Below, in pieces: positions 61,672 through 64,000 of a stretch of 64,000 nucleotides of DNA. The stretch's first letter is position 1, and each line of letters opens with the position of its first letter. A program made the position numbers and the translations under genes. The stretch is from NCBI GenBank assembly GCA_963712275.1, contig CAVQHD010000001.1, positions 1,440,001-1,504,000 of the forward strand. Reading direction: 5' to 3'. This DNA comes from an uncultured Rhabdochlamydiaceae bacterium (lineage in GTDB: Bacteria > Chlamydiota > Chlamydiia > Chlamydiales > Rhabdochlamydiaceae). The notes beneath the pieces are model-generated. The model ran no database searches and was not told the origin of the DNA. It was given only the letters and a program-made list of their open reading frames with translations.

Positions 61672-61732
61672 CGATAACTCATTATCTGCACAATAACATA
61701 GGTAATGTTATCGTGCAAAAACTGAGTTATCG
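61672..61732. promoter_or_regulatory. Nested palindromic operator upstream of the AbiE-like operon
   Basis: CGATAACTCA...TGCACAATAACAT-AGGTA-ATGTTATCGTGCA...TGAGTTATCG. Confidence 0.7.
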
Positions 61733-61825
61733 AGTTGATTCTCTATAATTTACAGCGGATTTAAAACGGTTAGGTTAACCATTCCTGAGCGACAGCATGT
61801 CTTGACTCTTGAAAAGACTTCAAGT

Positions 61826-62059
61826 TTAAACATAACGAGCAGTATATTTGTCGATTAACACTCTAATCATTGTCTGATAATTCGTGTTATATTTTGCAGC
61901 TTCATTTTTAAAAAAATCTATACTTGACTTTGTTAAAGATATCGTAATTTTCTTTGTTTCTTCTTTTAAAACCAAATCTTTTGGTTTGGGCAAAAAATCA
62001 TCCACAATTTTAATTTTTCCAATAGGCTCGTTTGTATACTTAGCTTTGCGCTTTCTCAT
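61826..62059 (-). CDS. BrnA/CopG-like RHH antitoxin
   Basis: KYTNEPIG, DFLPKP, KITISL..SIDFFK, YQTMIR.LID.Y. Confidence 0.85.
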   Translation of the reverse strand: MRKRKAKYTNEPIGKIKIVDDFLPKPKDLVLKEETKKITISLTKSSIDFFKNEAAKYNTNYQTMIRVLIDKYTARYV

Positions 62060-62089
62060 AAATTTTCCTTGATCCCACTTAAAAACCAT
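62040..62089 (-). pseudogene. Remnant of a BrnT-like toxin gene (internal deletion)
   Basis: MVFKWDQ (BrnT-type start) abuts, in another frame, RKIYEKAQS* (BrnT-type end overlapping the antitoxin ATG). Confidence 0.6.
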
Positions 62090-62273
62090 TTCATCTCATA
62101 CGGACAATGCTATCGAATACCCATATTTATCGCCATATATTTATACATATTACCTTACAGGATTATTGACTAGCATCGAGAAATGTTCTTTTTAGCGGTT
62201 AAAATCTTGAAATTTTTCTAGCAGGCATTGCTAGCTAAATAGTATGATATTTCTCACAAACGAAGGAGAATAT

Positions 62274-63158
62274 ATGGCTATACCTCCAGTGCAACGATTT
62301 GATTTTAGCACATTTGTAGAAGGCAAACTTTGTATGTCTCATAAGAACCTTTTTGCATGTGAGACTCCCCTATTAAAAGAAAAAAATCTCTGTGAATTTC
62401 TCATAAATCTTGATCAAGAAGAATACCAAATTGCAACTCAAGAAAATAAAGATCTTATTGAGGAAAAAAATGCTGAGCAAATTGTAAAGCAGCAACTTCT
62501 ACTTGCTGAACAAGAAACTCTGGTGAATAAGCAGAAAGAAAGCGAGAACGCACAATTTTATTGGCGCATTGCAAAGTATGCGATGTTTGGACTAGGAGCA
62601 TTAGCTTTTGTGGGATCTCTGTTTTATGTATGGAAGACTCGGGCAGAAATAGCAAAGTGGGATGCTTGGAGCAAAGCAGTCATAGAATATAACAAAAGAC
62701 CTGAGAATCACCAGATTGCTCGGGATTGGCTCGATAGAGTCCCCGGTGGAAAAGAACGTTATGAGAAATATCAAGCTGAGCTTAAACAAAAGTTTGGGGC
62801 TCATGATGGTGGGATAACCAAAGCAAGATATGAAGATCGATCGCGAACATTTGGTGGGGCATCCGTTGCTCTAGGTCTAGCGGGAGGCGGTTGTGCATTA
62901 GTAGAGCAATTAGTTGCCCTTCCTTCTTCTGATATCGCAGAAATTAACGAAGAATTTGGACCAAAAGATTACCAAATTAGCAAAAATAGAGAATTACGAA
63001 TCCTCGATAAGATTCGTCGTATTGAGCTAAGAATGAAAGCTATTCATGATGAAACAGAACAAATTCAATTAGGCCAAGCATTTGATTATTTTACCCGTTT
63101 TAAGCCTTTAAATCCTGACAATATTGTACACCACCAACACCATCATGATCATTTATAG
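62274..63158 (+). CDS. Hypothetical membrane protein with coiled coils and His-rich C-terminus
   Basis: RBS AAGGAG before ATG 62274, two hydrophobic segments, ends VHHQHHHDHL. Confidence 0.7.
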   Translation: MAIPPVQRFDFSTFVEGKLCMSHKNLFACETPLLKEKNLCEFLINLDQEEYQIATQENKDLIEEKNAEQIVKQQLLLAEQETLVNKQKESENAQFYWRIAKYAMFGLGALAFVGSLFYVWKTRAEIAKWDAWSKAVIEYNKRPENHQIARDWLDRVPGGKERYEKYQAELKQKFGAHDGGITKARYEDRSRTFGGASVALGLAGGGCALVEQLVALPSSDIAEINEEFGPKDYQISKNRELRILDKIRRIELRMKAIHDETEQIQLGQAFDYFTRFKPLNPDNIVHHQHHHDHL

Positions 63159-63198
63159 TCATAGTCATAAAAAGGCCATGCTTTTTGCAATTCCATTA

Positions 63199-63368
63199 GA
63201 AGTTGTTTTAAAACTCAGTTTCTGTCGATTTTTGGGGCTTTTTGAGCCAATTTTCGCTTTATTTGGTGGGGGTTATATCAACTTTCGTATATTACCCCCA
63301 CCAAATAAAGCGAAAATTAGCCAAAAATCCTCCAAAAAGCGATGAAACCTGAGTTTTAAGACAGCTTC
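63199..63368. mobile_element. 170-bp MITE-like fold-back element with TTA target duplication
   Basis: TTA|GAAGTTGTTTTAAAACTCAG...CTGAGTTTTAAGACAGCTTC|TTA. Inner 24-bp perfect stem 63249-63272/63295-63318. Confidence 0.8.
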
Positions 63369-63391
63369 TTAGAGATTAACCAGGAGTTTTT

Positions 63392-63649
63392 ATGCAGATT
63401 CAGCCCATAGAACTTTTCTCTCGATGCCAAGCAGCTTTTATACAGAAAAGCAAACTTGAAACAAAAATCTATACATTAAGCTGGTCCCTCTTAATAGCTG
63501 GAGGCTCTTACCTCTTAAGCTCTATCCAAGCGTTTCCCTTAAAGAATATTGAGCCGCATAAAACTGCAGCTGGGGTATGCATTGTATCATGGCTATTCTT
63601 GTCAACAATAGCTGGATATTATTTACAAGACCGCCCTAAACCTTCTTAG
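63392..63649 (+). CDS. Small two-TM hypothetical protein
   Basis: RBS CAGGAG and two hydrophobic segments. Confidence 0.6.
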   Translation: MQIQPIELFSRCQAAFIQKSKLETKIYTLSWSLLIAGGSYLLSSIQAFPLKNIEPHKTAAGVCIVSWLFLSTIAGYYLQDRPKPS

Positions 63650-63660
63650 TATCAGAAAAA

Positions 63661-63975
63661 GTGGGTAAAGCAAAAGAAACAGACTACGAAGTGACGGAAG
63701 GTAATGTCTTTGCCGCTCTTGGCAGAGAAAACGCAGAAGCGTTATTGGCTAGATCCAAACTTTTAGATGAAGTTAGTTCGCTGATCAAAAAAAGCGGGCT
63801 TACTCAGCAAAAGATAGCAAAAAAGCTAGGAATAACTCAGTCTAAAGTCTCTATGTTAACCAGTGGTCATTTATCCGCTTTCAGCTCAGAAACTCTGATG
63901 CATTATCTTTCCATCCTTGGAAGATTTTTTAAAGCGTTAAAAGAGAAAGGTGATAGCTTTGAAAATAGTCTCTGA
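63661..63975 (+). CDS. XRE-family HTH regulator (HigA-like antitoxin), orphan
   Basis: GNVFAALG, LTQQKIAKKLGITQSKVSML..G..FS.E.L. Confidence 0.85.
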   Translation: MGKAKETDYEVTEGNVFAALGRENAEALLARSKLLDEVSSLIKKSGLTQQKIAKKLGITQSKVSMLTSGHLSAFSSETLMHYLSILGRFFKALKEKGDSFENSL

Positions 63976-64000
63976 GCCTGGAATACGATGAAAAAGATCA

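Overview
This 64-kb window is most likely chromosomal DNA from an environmental member of the Chlamydiota. This is inferred from the smpB-dnaN-recF and leuS-waaA gene order, an NTT-family nucleotide transporter and several chlamydia-type hypothetical genes. Housekeeping genes (upp, trmB, pgi, recF, dnaN, smpB, leuS, waaA, cydAB, malic enzyme, tpx, class I aldolase, ligA, mtaB, four tRNAs) alternate with small AT-rich accessory islets. The most notable observations are: (1) an ORF missed by the ORF track that fuses an MGDG-synthase-like GT28 glycosyltransferase in frame to an S9 peptidase; (2) a family of long hairpin elements, all in divergent promoter regions, one of which has mirror-image tandem duplications breaking at the same element position and copying the leuS start; (3) a type III PKS / membrane protein / O-methyltransferase operon; (4) an AnkX-like Fic protein ending in a CaaX box; (5) a signal-peptide-bearing HD hydrolase paired with a minimal Sir2-like protein; (6) a four-copy mosaic array of small unknown genes; (7) a complete IS (18-bp TIRs, CGAT target duplication, hairpin ends) that splits an HTH gene, plus a MITE; (8) many decayed toxin-antitoxin modules. 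No CRISPR array or rRNA gene was seen. All protein calls rest on motif recognition by eye, not on database searches.
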